Of a stretch of DNA of 48,784 bases, positions 19,049 through 27,366 are shown piece after piece; within the stretch, counting starts at the first letter, position 1, and the number at the start of each line of letters is the position of its first letter. The position numbers were made by a program, and so were the translations under genes. The notes below the pieces were generated by a model that saw only the letters and a list, made by a program, of their open reading frames with translations, was not told the DNA's origin and searched no databases. Origin of the DNA: Candidatus Sericytochromatia bacterium (GTDB taxonomy: Bacteria; Cyanobacteriota; Sericytochromatia; S15B-MN24; JAQBPE01); NCBI GenBank assembly GCA_035285125.1, contig JAYKHR010000162.1, positions 1 to 48,784 on the forward strand, in the 5' to 3' direction.

Positions 19049-20407
19049 ATGACCTGCCGCCACGTCCCCACGCGCCTGCTTGCCGCCACCCTCGCCCTGA
19101 GCCTGGCAGGGTGTGGCGCCACCCCCGCCACGCTGCGCGCCCGGGGGGCCGACCCGGCTGTCGGCGCCGCTGCCGTGGCCCCGGTGGAGGCGGCTGTCCG
19201 CCCCGCCACCGTCTCGGTGCGTCCCGGCTCGGTGGCGCCGGCCGTGCAGGTCCCCGTCCCGGTGGTGGCAGCGGGAGACGGGGCCAGGGAGCGGCAGCTC
19301 GACCTGTTCTCGGAGCCCTACCGGCGTCACGCCACCTACCGGGCCGCGACGCCCGAGGACGCAGCCGTGGCGGCGTCCCTGGAGGCCGAGGCGCAGGCCG
19401 ACGCCGGGGCGGCTGGCGGCGCGGCGCCCGGCCTCGGGCCCATCGCGCGCCCCTGGGGCCTGATCGGCAGCGCCCTGGCCGGCACGGCCCTGTTCGGCTA
19501 CGCCGTGTACGGCGGCATGGTGGGCTCGCGCGACTTGCTGCTGCCCAAGCGCAGCACCTTCCGCCACTCGCCCGCGGTCTTCGGCTGGGTGTTCCAGGAC
19601 GTCCGCTTCAAGGGCCACGACGGCACGGACCTCGTGGGCTGGTACGTGCCTGCCGCCCGCCCCACGACGCGGGCGCTGCTGATGCTGCACGGCCACACCT
19701 CCAACAAGGATCGCCTCCTCGAGAGCTATGCGGCCCCGCTGCATGACGAGTTCAACATGTTTTTCTACGACTCGCGCTACCACGGGGAGAGCGCGGGCAA
19801 GCTGACGACGCTCGGGTGGCATGAGCGTCGGGACGCCTCGATCGCGCTCGACCGCCTGCGGGCCCTCGGCAACACCCAGGTGGGGGCGATGGGTGTCTCG
19901 ATGGGTGGTGCCGTCGCGCTCGGCCTCGCGGCGGATCGCCCGGAGGTCGCGGGCGTGTGGTCCGACTGCGCCTTCTCCTCGCTGCACGACGCCGTCGCCC
20001 CCCGGGCCAAGCTGCGGGGCTACCCCCTGCCCGACTACGTGGCGTGGTCCGTGGTGCGCGCCGCGAACCTGCGCGCGCGGCACAACCTGCCGACGGCGGA
20101 CCCCATCCGCGCGATCGCCACGATCGCCCCGCGGCCTGTCTTCCTCGTCCACGGCGAGGCCGACGACGAGACCACCCCCGCGAACAGCCAGAAGCTCTAC
20201 GACCAGGCCAAGGAGCCGCGCTCGCTCTGGATGGTGCCGGGTGCCAAGCACGCGGAGTCCATCACCACCGCGCCCGAGGCCTACCGGGCCAAGCTGCTCT
20301 CGTTCTGGCGCGCCACGCTGCCGGAGCTGACGCCAGCCCCCCAGCCCGTGGCGACGGCGACCGTCAGCCCGCAGCCCGGGGCCTCGGCTGCGGCCCTGGT
20401 GCGCTGA
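19049..20407 (+). CDS. Alpha/beta hydrolase lipoprotein
   Basis: Lipobox LAGC, LHG oxyanion motif, GVSMGG nucleophile, HGEADD and GAKH triad residues. The start may be 19040. Confidence 0.88.
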   Translation: MTCRHVPTRLLAATLALSLAGCGATPATLRARGADPAVGAAAVAPVEAAVRPATVSVRPGSVAPAVQVPVPVVAAGDGARERQLDLFSEPYRRHATYRAATPEDAAVAASLEAEAQADAGAAGGAAPGLGPIARPWGLIGSALAGTALFGYAVYGGMVGSRDLLLPKRSTFRHSPAVFGWVFQDVRFKGHDGTDLVGWYVPAARPTTRALLMLHGHTSNKDRLLESYAAPLHDEFNMFFYDSRYHGESAGKLTTLGWHERRDASIALDRLRALGNTQVGAMGVSMGGAVALGLAADRPEVAGVWSDCAFSSLHDAVAPRAKLRGYPLPDYVAWSVVRAANLRARHNLPTADPIRAIATIAPRPVFLVHGEADDETTPANSQKLYDQAKEPRSLWMVPGAKHAESITTAPEAYRAKLLSFWRATLPELTPAPQPVATATVSPQPGASAAALVR

Positions 20408-20409
20408 CG

Positions 20410-21321
20410 GTGGCGCTTCGCACCCGCGGGCCAGCCCGCCTTGCCGTCGGGCTTGGCGTCGCGGCCGCGACGTTCCTGGGCACCTACCTCAGCTACGCCG
20501 CCCACGTCGGCTCGCAGGCCCTGGTCATGCCCGAGGCCCGGGCGCGGTTCAGGAAGACGCCGGCGGCTCTGGGGTGGCGCTACGAGCGCCTCGCCGTGCA
20601 GGGCCATGACGGCGTGCCACTGGTGGCCTGGTACGTCCCGGCGCCGCGCCCCACCGACCGGGCCGTGCTGCTGCTCCACGGGCATCGCTCGAGCAAGGCC
20701 TGGGTGACGCACCACCTGGGGCGCTTCCTGCACGCGGGCTACAACTTGCTGGCGCTTGACGCGCGCTCCCACGGGGAAAGCGGGGGCGACCTCACCACGC
20801 TCGGCTGGCACGAGCGGCGTGACGCGGCCGTCGCGGTCGACCGCCTGCGCGCCCTGGGCAACCGCCGCATCGGCGTGCTCGGGGTGTCGATGGGGGCGGC
20901 CACCGCGATCGGGCTCGCCGCGGATCGGCCCGACGTGGCAGGCGTCTGGGCCGACAGCGCCTTCGACTCGCTCCACGAGGCCGTGGCGCCGCGCGCCAGG
21001 CTTCGCGGCTACTGGCTGCCGGACCTCGTGGCGTGGGCCGTTGTGGCGCGCGCGAGCCAGCTCGCGGACCAGGACCTCCCCTCTGCTGACCCGATCCGGG
21101 CCGTCCGGGCCATCGCGCCACGGCCGCTGTACCTGGTCCACGGGGCGCTCGACGACGAGACCCCGCCCGCCTGCTCCGAGCGCCTGCACAAGGCCGCCGC
21201 CGGCCCCCGCACGCTGTGGGTTGTCCCCGGTGCTGGCCACGCGGCTGCCGAGGAGCAGGCGCCCGAGGCCTACGCCGGGCGCCTGAAGGCGTTCTGGGGG
21301 CAGGCCCTCGGCGACGGCTGA
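20410..21321 (+). CDS. Alpha/beta hydrolase with N-terminal membrane anchor (tandem paralog)
   Basis: GVSMGA, HGALDD and GAGH motifs. GTG start 2 nt after the previous stop. Confidence 0.85.
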   Translation: MALRTRGPARLAVGLGVAAATFLGTYLSYAAHVGSQALVMPEARARFRKTPAALGWRYERLAVQGHDGVPLVAWYVPAPRPTDRAVLLLHGHRSSKAWVTHHLGRFLHAGYNLLALDARSHGESGGDLTTLGWHERRDAAVAVDRLRALGNRRIGVLGVSMGAATAIGLAADRPDVAGVWADSAFDSLHEAVAPRARLRGYWLPDLVAWAVVARASQLADQDLPSADPIRAVRAIAPRPLYLVHGALDDETPPACSERLHKAAAGPRTLWVVPGAGHAAAEEQAPEAYAGRLKAFWGQALGDG

Positions 21322-21328
21322 GGCGCGC

Positions 21329-22333
21329 TCAGGGGCGCTTGGCGCGCGCCTCGGCGGCGACGGCCACCAGGTCTTCGGCGGCGATGATGCGGTCCACGAG
21401 CTTCATGCGGCGGGCCGGCGTGGGGTAGCCGACCTTCGCGTAGTGCGCCTCGGGCAGGTTGCGGGCCTCGATGCGCTGGAAGAAGGGCTTGAAGGCCGTG
21501 GGGTCGAACCCGGCCCGGGCGGCGAACCGCACGCCGTCGGCGTCGGCCTGCGCCTCGGCCATGACGCTGAGCTTGGAAAGCACCCGCTGGCGCGCGGCCT
21601 GCACGTCCCCCTTCAGCAGCGCCGAGGCCGGGGCGAAGGCCCGCATCGCCTGCTTCGCCATCCCGTCGCCCACCAGGTCCAGGTGGCGATCGTGGGCCAC
21701 CTCATGCCCCATGATGCAGCCCACGGTGTCCCTCGAGAAGGCCCGGGCCGTCGGCGCGTCGATCGTGTACGTGCTGTTGCCGTGGCTCGCTGCCCCGGTG
21801 ACGTCCTTGGGATTCCAGCCCACCGACACCCCCAGAGGGCCCGGGGAGTTGGTTGCGGAGATGTGCTTCACGTCCCTGATCACCTGTTTGCGCAGCGCGC
21901 CGCCCCGCCGCAGGGGGCTGACGAGGTCGAGCATCCGGTCATCCACCGCCGCGAGCCAGCGGTCCAGGCGGGAGCCCGGCTTGGCTGCTGCCGGTTGGGG
22001 CAGGGCGGCGTCGGTGATCCGGCGGGCGCCGCGGTACGCCGCGAGGGCCTTGTCGCGTAGCACGCGGTAGACGAGGTCGGCAGAGCCCGCGTCCAGCGCC
22101 TCGGCGAGCTCGGTCAGGCGGGCCTCGGGCACGGCGGCCGCTGGCCTGCCAGACCTGGTGAAGGACTCCACCAGCCGGCTCACCTCCGCGTGGCGGGCCA
22201 GCGTGTCCTGGGGCACGGCCAGCCCCGAGCGGAGGGCGTAGGCCACGCGCTCTCGCGCCACCGCCGTGCGCTGCACGAAGGCCTGCTCGACGCCCAGGGC
22301 TTTGACGGCTTGCTTGTGGGGGAGCCTGAACAC
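21329..22333 (-). CDS. M48 family zinc metalloprotease
   Basis: GHEVAH, EAQADADG, AGFDP and YPTPARR motifs. AAGGA RBS, no signal peptide. Confidence 0.8.
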   Translation of the reverse strand: MFRLPHKQAVKALGVEQAFVQRTAVARERVAYALRSGLAVPQDTLARHAEVSRLVESFTRSGRPAAAVPEARLTELAEALDAGSADLVYRVLRDKALAAYRGARRITDAALPQPAAAKPGSRLDRWLAAVDDRMLDLVSPLRRGGALRKQVIRDVKHISATNSPGPLGVSVGWNPKDVTGAASHGNSTYTIDAPTARAFSRDTVGCIMGHEVAHDRHLDLVGDGMAKQAMRAFAPASALLKGDVQAARQRVLSKLSVMAEAQADADGVRFAARAGFDPTAFKPFFQRIEARNLPEAHYAKVGYPTPARRMKLVDRIIAAEDLVAVAAEARAKRP

Positions 22334-22355
22334 GGGCGGTTCCTTAGCGGGCTGG

Positions 22356-22400
22356 GTAACGGCTACTTAACAGTGGTCGCCTCCTCCGACGAAAACTTGC
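22356..22400 (-). promoter_or_regulatory. sigma28-like promoter with an adjacent downstream TTAA box
   Basis: Minus strand GCAAGTTT-N11-GGCGACCA (22400-22374) and GTAA-N7-TTAAC at 22356-22371. Confidence 0.55.
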
Positions 22401-22444
22401 GTGGCAGGCCGCCGGAACCGGCGAGTTGCGTCGAGCCCCAGCCC

Positions 22445-23263
22445 TCAGAGCAGCCCCAGCCCCAGCCCAGCCGCGTAGCCCAGCAGCAGGCCGGCGACCA
22501 GCCGCTGGAGCCCCGCCAGCGTGACCTTGTGCAGCCACCGGCCGCCCACCCAGGCGCCCGCGATCGCCGCCACCACCCCGACCAGCAGCGGCCCAGCGGC
22601 GAGGCTTCCGGCCTCTGGACCGGCCTGGCCCGCGTACACGGCCAGCCGCGCGAGGTCCACCAGCAGGGCGATCCCCACGCCCGTGGCCACGTAGCCCGCG
22701 GGCCCGAGGCCAGCCTTCACCAGGAACAGGCTCCGCAGGGCGCCCTGGTGGCCCGACAAGCCGCCGAAAAAGCCCGACAGCAGCCCGCCCAGGGGCAGGT
22801 GCTCAGGCTTGAGGGGGGGCAGCCGCGTCGCAGGGACGAGCTCCAGGAGCGCGAAGGCGGCGATCGCGAGCGCGATCGCCAGGTCCACGGGGAGCACCGC
22901 ACAGGCGCGCCCGGCCAGGGTCCAGGTAAAGAGGGGGGCCTGGTGCGTCAGCCAGCCGAGCAGCCAGGCCCCTCCCAGCGACGCGGGCACGGCCGTCAGC
23001 GCGAAGGTCCGCAGCACCTGCCGATCGATCGAGCGCCACAGCAGGCCCAGCTTGAACACGTTGGTGGTGAAGTGCACCACGGCCGTCGCCGTGACGGCCT
23101 CCGCCGGGGGGAAGAACAGCGCGAAGACTGGCAGCAGGATGGTGCCGAGGCCGAAGCCCGAGAAGAAGGTGAGCAGCGCGCCGCCGAACGCAGCGGCCAC
23201 GAGGGCCGCCCACACCGGGAGGCTGAAGGCGTTGAAGGAGGCGGTGAACGCGGCCCAGGTCAT
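22445..23263 (-). CDS. Sulfite exporter TauE/SafE family membrane protein
   Basis: FFSGFGLGTILLP and GFFGGLSGHQGA repeats, multiple TM helices. Confidence 0.88.
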   Translation of the reverse strand: MTWAAFTASFNAFSLPVWAALVAAAFGGALLTFFSGFGLGTILLPVFALFFPPAEAVTATAVVHFTTNVFKLGLLWRSIDRQVLRTFALTAVPASLGGAWLLGWLTHQAPLFTWTLAGRACAVLPVDLAIALAIAAFALLELVPATRLPPLKPEHLPLGGLLSGFFGGLSGHQGALRSLFLVKAGLGPAGYVATGVGIALLVDLARLAVYAGQAGPEAGSLAAGPLLVGVVAAIAGAWVGGRWLHKVTLAGLQRLVAGLLLGYAAGLGLGLL

Positions 23264-23302
23264 GGGCGCCAGCCTAGCGGATCGCCCGCTCCCAAGGCAA
23301 CG

Positions 23303-23896
23303 TCAGCAGCCCGGGCAGGGCACGGCCAGCCCCTCGCCCGGCTCCAGCGTCAGCGCCTCGCGGCGCCAGCCGAGGGCCACGCGGTGGCCCGCGGGGCAGA
23401 CGCAGTAGACGCCGGCCTGGGCCGGGTGCGGCGAGCCCGCCCCCTCATGATCCCACCATCCGATCACCTGCAGCCCCTCCTCCGGCAGGTTCGCCGGGGC
23501 TGCCCAGGGGGTCGCGTGGGGGTCACACAGCAGGGCCACCGGGCGCTGCAGCCAGGTTCCACCCAGCGGCAGGTGCTCCCAGGCGGCCAGGCCCTCGGCC
23601 TGCCCTGCCGCGAGCCGCCTCGCCACGCGGGCCATCGCCTCGGCGGCCTCGCGCTGCTTCCCCAGCGCGTCGAGGTCCCAGCCGAGCACGAGGTGGTGCG
23701 CGGCGCGGTGCCAGTGGTGGGCCTCCCGCCCCCCTGCCTGCCGCACGCCGAGCCCCCGCCGCCGCGGCACCAGCAGCGTGAGCAGGCGGCTGGCCTGGCG
23801 GCGCCGGTGGCCCCAGGCCGCGAGGGCGGCCCGGCAGGCCTCGAGCTCCACGGCCTCGTGGCCGGTCGCGTGGGTCACGATGATCTCGTCCGTCAC
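23303..23896 (-). CDS. Hypothetical protein with C-terminal CxCxxxH...CPGC putative Zn site
   Basis: GAGGAGG RBS before GTG and a terminal Cys cluster. Confidence 0.6.
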   Translation of the reverse strand: MTDEIIVTHATGHEAVELEACRAALAAWGHRRRQASRLLTLLVPRRRGLGVRQAGGREAHHWHRAAHHLVLGWDLDALGKQREAAEAMARVARRLAAGQAEGLAAWEHLPLGGTWLQRPVALLCDPHATPWAAPANLPEEGLQVIGWWDHEGAGSPHPAQAGVYCVCPAGHRVALGWRREALTLEPGEGLAVPCPGC

Positions 23897-24099
23897 GGGG
23901 ACCTCCTCGTTTACACCAAAAGGATCGGTATCTTCGGAGCTTGCATTTGTATTTTACCCGCAACTCCGGAATATACAACAACAAAATCAGAATTTTTGCC
24001 CAAAGTGCATTTATACTTTTGGCGGCCCGGCCCCGCACCCATGGCCGGCCGTGCCGCGGGCCGCGGGCGATCGGGCTATGATGAGGCCTGGAACGCCTC

Positions 24100-25419
24100 A
24101 TGCCCGCAGCCTCCCCCACCTCCGCCCCGGCCCCCACCTTCCTCGCCCTCTGGCGCCAGTTCCTGCCGCTCTCCGTGAGCGACGTGACCATGGCCGGCAG
24201 CGAGCCCCTGGTGGCGACGACGCTGGCCCACCTGCCGGACCCGCGGGTTCACCTGGCGGCGCTCGGCGTCGCGAAGGCGATCGCGATCTTCCTCGAGTCG
24301 CCGATCATCATGGTGCTGCATGCGGCCAACGCCCTCGCAGGCTCGTCGCCCGCCCGCGTGGCCCTGCGGCATCTGGTCGTCTGGCTCAGCGCGGGGCTGA
24401 CGCTGGCCCTCGCCTTGCTCGCCGTGCCGCCCGTGTTCGGCTGGGTCGCGGCCCGCCTGTTCGGCGTGGCAGCCCCGGTGGAGGCTGCCGCCCACGCGGC
24501 CCTGTGCCTGCTGCTCCTGTGGCCGGCTGCGATCGGCTGGCGGCGATACGTCCAGGGCTTGCTGATCGCGGCCGGCCACGGGGGCGTGGTGGGGCGGGCC
24601 GGCCTCGGCCGCATCACGGTGGTGGCGATCGGGCTGGGGCTCGGCTTCCAGGCCGGCTGGCCGGGGGCCTCAGTGGGGGCGAGCGCGCTCGTGGCGGGCG
24701 TGACGGCCGAGGCGGTGTTCGTCACCCTGGGGGCCTGGCGCCGCGGCGTCTTCGTCCTGCCTGCCGGCCCGCCGGACCCGGCCCTGCCCCACGACGTGCC
24801 GGGCGTCTGGCGCTACTACCGCCCGCTCGCCTCCTCGATGCTCGTCGTCTGGGGTGGGCGCGCCGCCATGATCGCGATCGTGGCCCGCGCGGCCGATGCC
24901 CCCGTGGCCCTCGCCGCCTGGCCGGCCGCCTGGTCCCTCGTGACGGTGATCGCCAACGCGACGCGGATGGTGCAGCAGCTCACGATCCGGCACGAGGCGA
25001 GCACCCCGCTGCCGCGGCTGCTGGCCTTTGCCGCGAGCGTCGGGGCGACCTGCTCCGCCCTCGTGCTGCTGCTCGCGGCCACGCCCTGGGGCCACGCGGG
25101 CCTCGCCGCCTTTCTGGGCCACGACGCCAGCCTGATCGCCGCAGCCCGCCCCACGGTGCTGGCCTGTGCCGCCATCCCGCTGCTGGTGGCGCTGCAGAAC
25201 GCGTCTCAGGGGCTCCTGATCGCCCGGGGCGCCACGTGGGCCGTGAGCCGGGGGGCCTGGGTGGGCGTGGGCAGCGGGCTGGCGTGCGCGGCCGTGGCGG
25301 TGGCCGGTGGGGCCCCGGGGGCGGCGGCGGCCGCCACGTCGATGGCGCTGGGGTATGCGCTGGAGCTCGGGGCTTTGTGGCTTGTCTGGAAAATAAGCCT
25401 CGGGGAGCGCCGGGTTTAA
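24100..25419 (+). CDS. MATE/MOP-superfamily membrane transporter
   Basis: About 12 hydrophobic segments in two repeats (FLPLS.../YRPLA...), plus ESPIIM. Confidence 0.75.
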   Translation: MPAASPTSAPAPTFLALWRQFLPLSVSDVTMAGSEPLVATTLAHLPDPRVHLAALGVAKAIAIFLESPIIMVLHAANALAGSSPARVALRHLVVWLSAGLTLALALLAVPPVFGWVAARLFGVAAPVEAAAHAALCLLLLWPAAIGWRRYVQGLLIAAGHGGVVGRAGLGRITVVAIGLGLGFQAGWPGASVGASALVAGVTAEAVFVTLGAWRRGVFVLPAGPPDPALPHDVPGVWRYYRPLASSMLVVWGGRAAMIAIVARAADAPVALAAWPAAWSLVTVIANATRMVQQLTIRHEASTPLPRLLAFAASVGATCSALVLLLAATPWGHAGLAAFLGHDASLIAAARPTVLACAAIPLLVALQNASQGLLIARGATWAVSRGAWVGVGSGLACAAVAVAGGAPGAAAAATSMALGYALELGALWLVWKISLGERRV

Positions 25420-25648
25420 CCCGGAGATGACCGATGAGAAAACGATACGGGGAAGTTGCCAGAGACGCGTTGGTGGCCAAAAAAAAGTTTCGAGGCCACG
25501 GAACCTGGCGCGCGGGCCCCTCGTCAGGATGGTAAGCTTGAACGTTCAGCGGGTCTCTGGTTCATCCGAAAGCCACGACGTCCGCCCCGCGGGCGTGTCC
25601 CGCACCCCAGCCGCTCGCGGCATCCCCCTTCGACAAGGAGTACACCCC

Positions 25649-26413
25649 ATGTTCGGCAAGAAGCTCATCCTTCCCGCCACCCTCGCGGTCCTCAGCCTCA
25701 CGGGCTGCGTCATCACCACCTCGCCCGTCGCCCCGACCGGCGCGGGTGACAAGACCGGCGCGTCCACCCCGACGGCCGGCAACAAGGACCAGGCCAACAA
25801 GGCCGTCGTCGAGGTGATGGTCAGCCAGCCCACGATGGTCATCCAGACCAAGAAGGCCTCCAAGGTGATGGCGACCGTCAAGTACGCCGACGGCAGCTCG
25901 GACAGCAACGTCACGCTCGTCTCCGACGACGCGACGATCGTGGCCGTCAACGGCACCAACGGTGAGATCAGCGGCGTGAAGCCCGGCACCGCGACGGTGC
26001 GGGCCCAGTCGAGCGTCGACGCCACCAAGTTCGGCCTCGTGACCGTCACGGTCAAGGAGGGCGAGGTCGTCGACGTGCTCGCGACCATCGACCCCGAGAA
26101 GGCGACCATCAAGAAGGGTGAGACGGTCCAGCTGTCTGCCTCCATCCAGACCAGCGCGGGCAAGACCAGCCCCAACGGCTCGTGGACCTCGTCGAACAGC
26201 ACCGTGGCGATCGTCAACGGGGATGGCCTCGTGACGGGCGTCAAGGACGGCAGCGCCACCATCACCTTCACCTCCGACGAGAAGTCGACCGTGAAGGCGA
26301 CGGCCGTCATCACCGTCGGCGCCCCGGCTCCCGCCGCCACCCCGGCCCCGGTGCAGCAGCAGACCACGTCGACGACCACCACCAAGGTCGAGACGGCCTC
26401 CACCACCAACTAG
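25649..26413 (+). CDS. Lipoprotein with two bacterial Ig-like (Big_2) domains
   Basis: Lipobox LTGC, WTSSNSTVAIVNGDGLVTGVKDGSATIT, AAGGAG RBS. Confidence 0.88.
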   Translation: MFGKKLILPATLAVLSLTGCVITTSPVAPTGAGDKTGASTPTAGNKDQANKAVVEVMVSQPTMVIQTKKASKVMATVKYADGSSDSNVTLVSDDATIVAVNGTNGEISGVKPGTATVRAQSSVDATKFGLVTVTVKEGEVVDVLATIDPEKATIKKGETVQLSASIQTSAGKTSPNGSWTSSNSTVAIVNGDGLVTGVKDGSATITFTSDEKSTVKATAVITVGAPAPAATPAPVQQQTTSTTTTKVETASTTN

Positions 26414-26498
26414 GCCACGTCGTGGCCCGAGCGTCCGGCACGGGTATGTTCCCAAGGTGTCGGGCGCTCGCCCCTTTTGTTCCATGAGGGTTCCCTCC

Positions 26499-27308
26499 AT
26501 GCGGCACCGCTTCCTGGCCCTGCTCACGGGCCTGGCCCTGATCCCCACGCTCAACGCCTGCTCGGACAACCCGCGCGACTGGGTCCCGCTCATCACGGCC
26601 ATCGGCCGCGCGGCCCCCGTGATCGCCAGCGCGGCGCCCAAGGTCGTGGATGCGGTGCAGAAGCTTCAGCCCTCGCCGACGCCGACGCCCAAGCCCATCG
26701 GCGTCCGGGCGGCGGCTCGCGAGGTCACCATCAAGCGCGGTGAGTTCAAGGACCTCGTGCCTTTCCTGCGCACGCTCGATGGCGAGGTCCCGACGCTCGA
26801 CGAGCTCGACTGGGAGGTCAGCAACCCGGCCGTCGCGACGCTCAACCGCAAGGATGGGCGCGTGAAGGGGGCGTCGGCCGGCGAGTCCGTTGTCTATGCG
26901 TACCTGCGCAAGGACCCCACGCTCAAGGCCGCCATCACCGTCAACGTTCTCGACACCGTGCTGGTGCGGGAGGTCAGCGTCACGCCGGCCACCCTCACGC
27001 TGACCATCGGCGAGAGCCGCAAGGCCAAGGCCGCCGTGCGGATGATGTCGGGTGAGGTCAACGGCAACGTCACGTGGTCCTCGAGCGACAGCACCATCGC
27101 CACCGTCAACCCGACGAACGGCGAGGTCACGGCGCTGGCCGAGGGCTGGGTGACGATCGTCGCGACCTACGCCGCCGACACGCGCTACAAGGGCCTGCTC
27201 GACGTGCAGGTCATCGCCGCCGGGGGCGGCGCGAGCCCGGCACCGACGCCGGCGCCGGGCGAGGCCCCGAGTTCTGCCGAGGCGACGCCTGCCCCGAGCG
27301 CCCCGTAG
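26499..27308 (+). CDS. Lipoprotein with two Big_2 Ig-like domains
   Basis: Lipobox LNAC, VTWSSSDSTIATVNPTNGEVTALAEG. Confidence 0.88.
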   Translation: MRHRFLALLTGLALIPTLNACSDNPRDWVPLITAIGRAAPVIASAAPKVVDAVQKLQPSPTPTPKPIGVRAAAREVTIKRGEFKDLVPFLRTLDGEVPTLDELDWEVSNPAVATLNRKDGRVKGASAGESVVYAYLRKDPTLKAAITVNVLDTVLVREVSVTPATLTLTIGESRKAKAAVRMMSGEVNGNVTWSSSDSTIATVNPTNGEVTALAEGWVTIVATYAADTRYKGLLDVQVIAAGGGASPAPTPAPGEAPSSAEATPAPSAP

Positions 27309-27320
27309 GGCACCCTGCCT

Positions 27321-27355
27321 GCGCCCCCGGCCTCGGCTGGGGGCGCTCTTTTTTT
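27321..27355 (+). terminator. Rho-independent terminator
   Basis: GCGCCCCCGGCC / GGCTGGGGGCGC stem followed by T7. Confidence 0.8.
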
Positions 27356-27366
27356 GAGGCTTGGGC

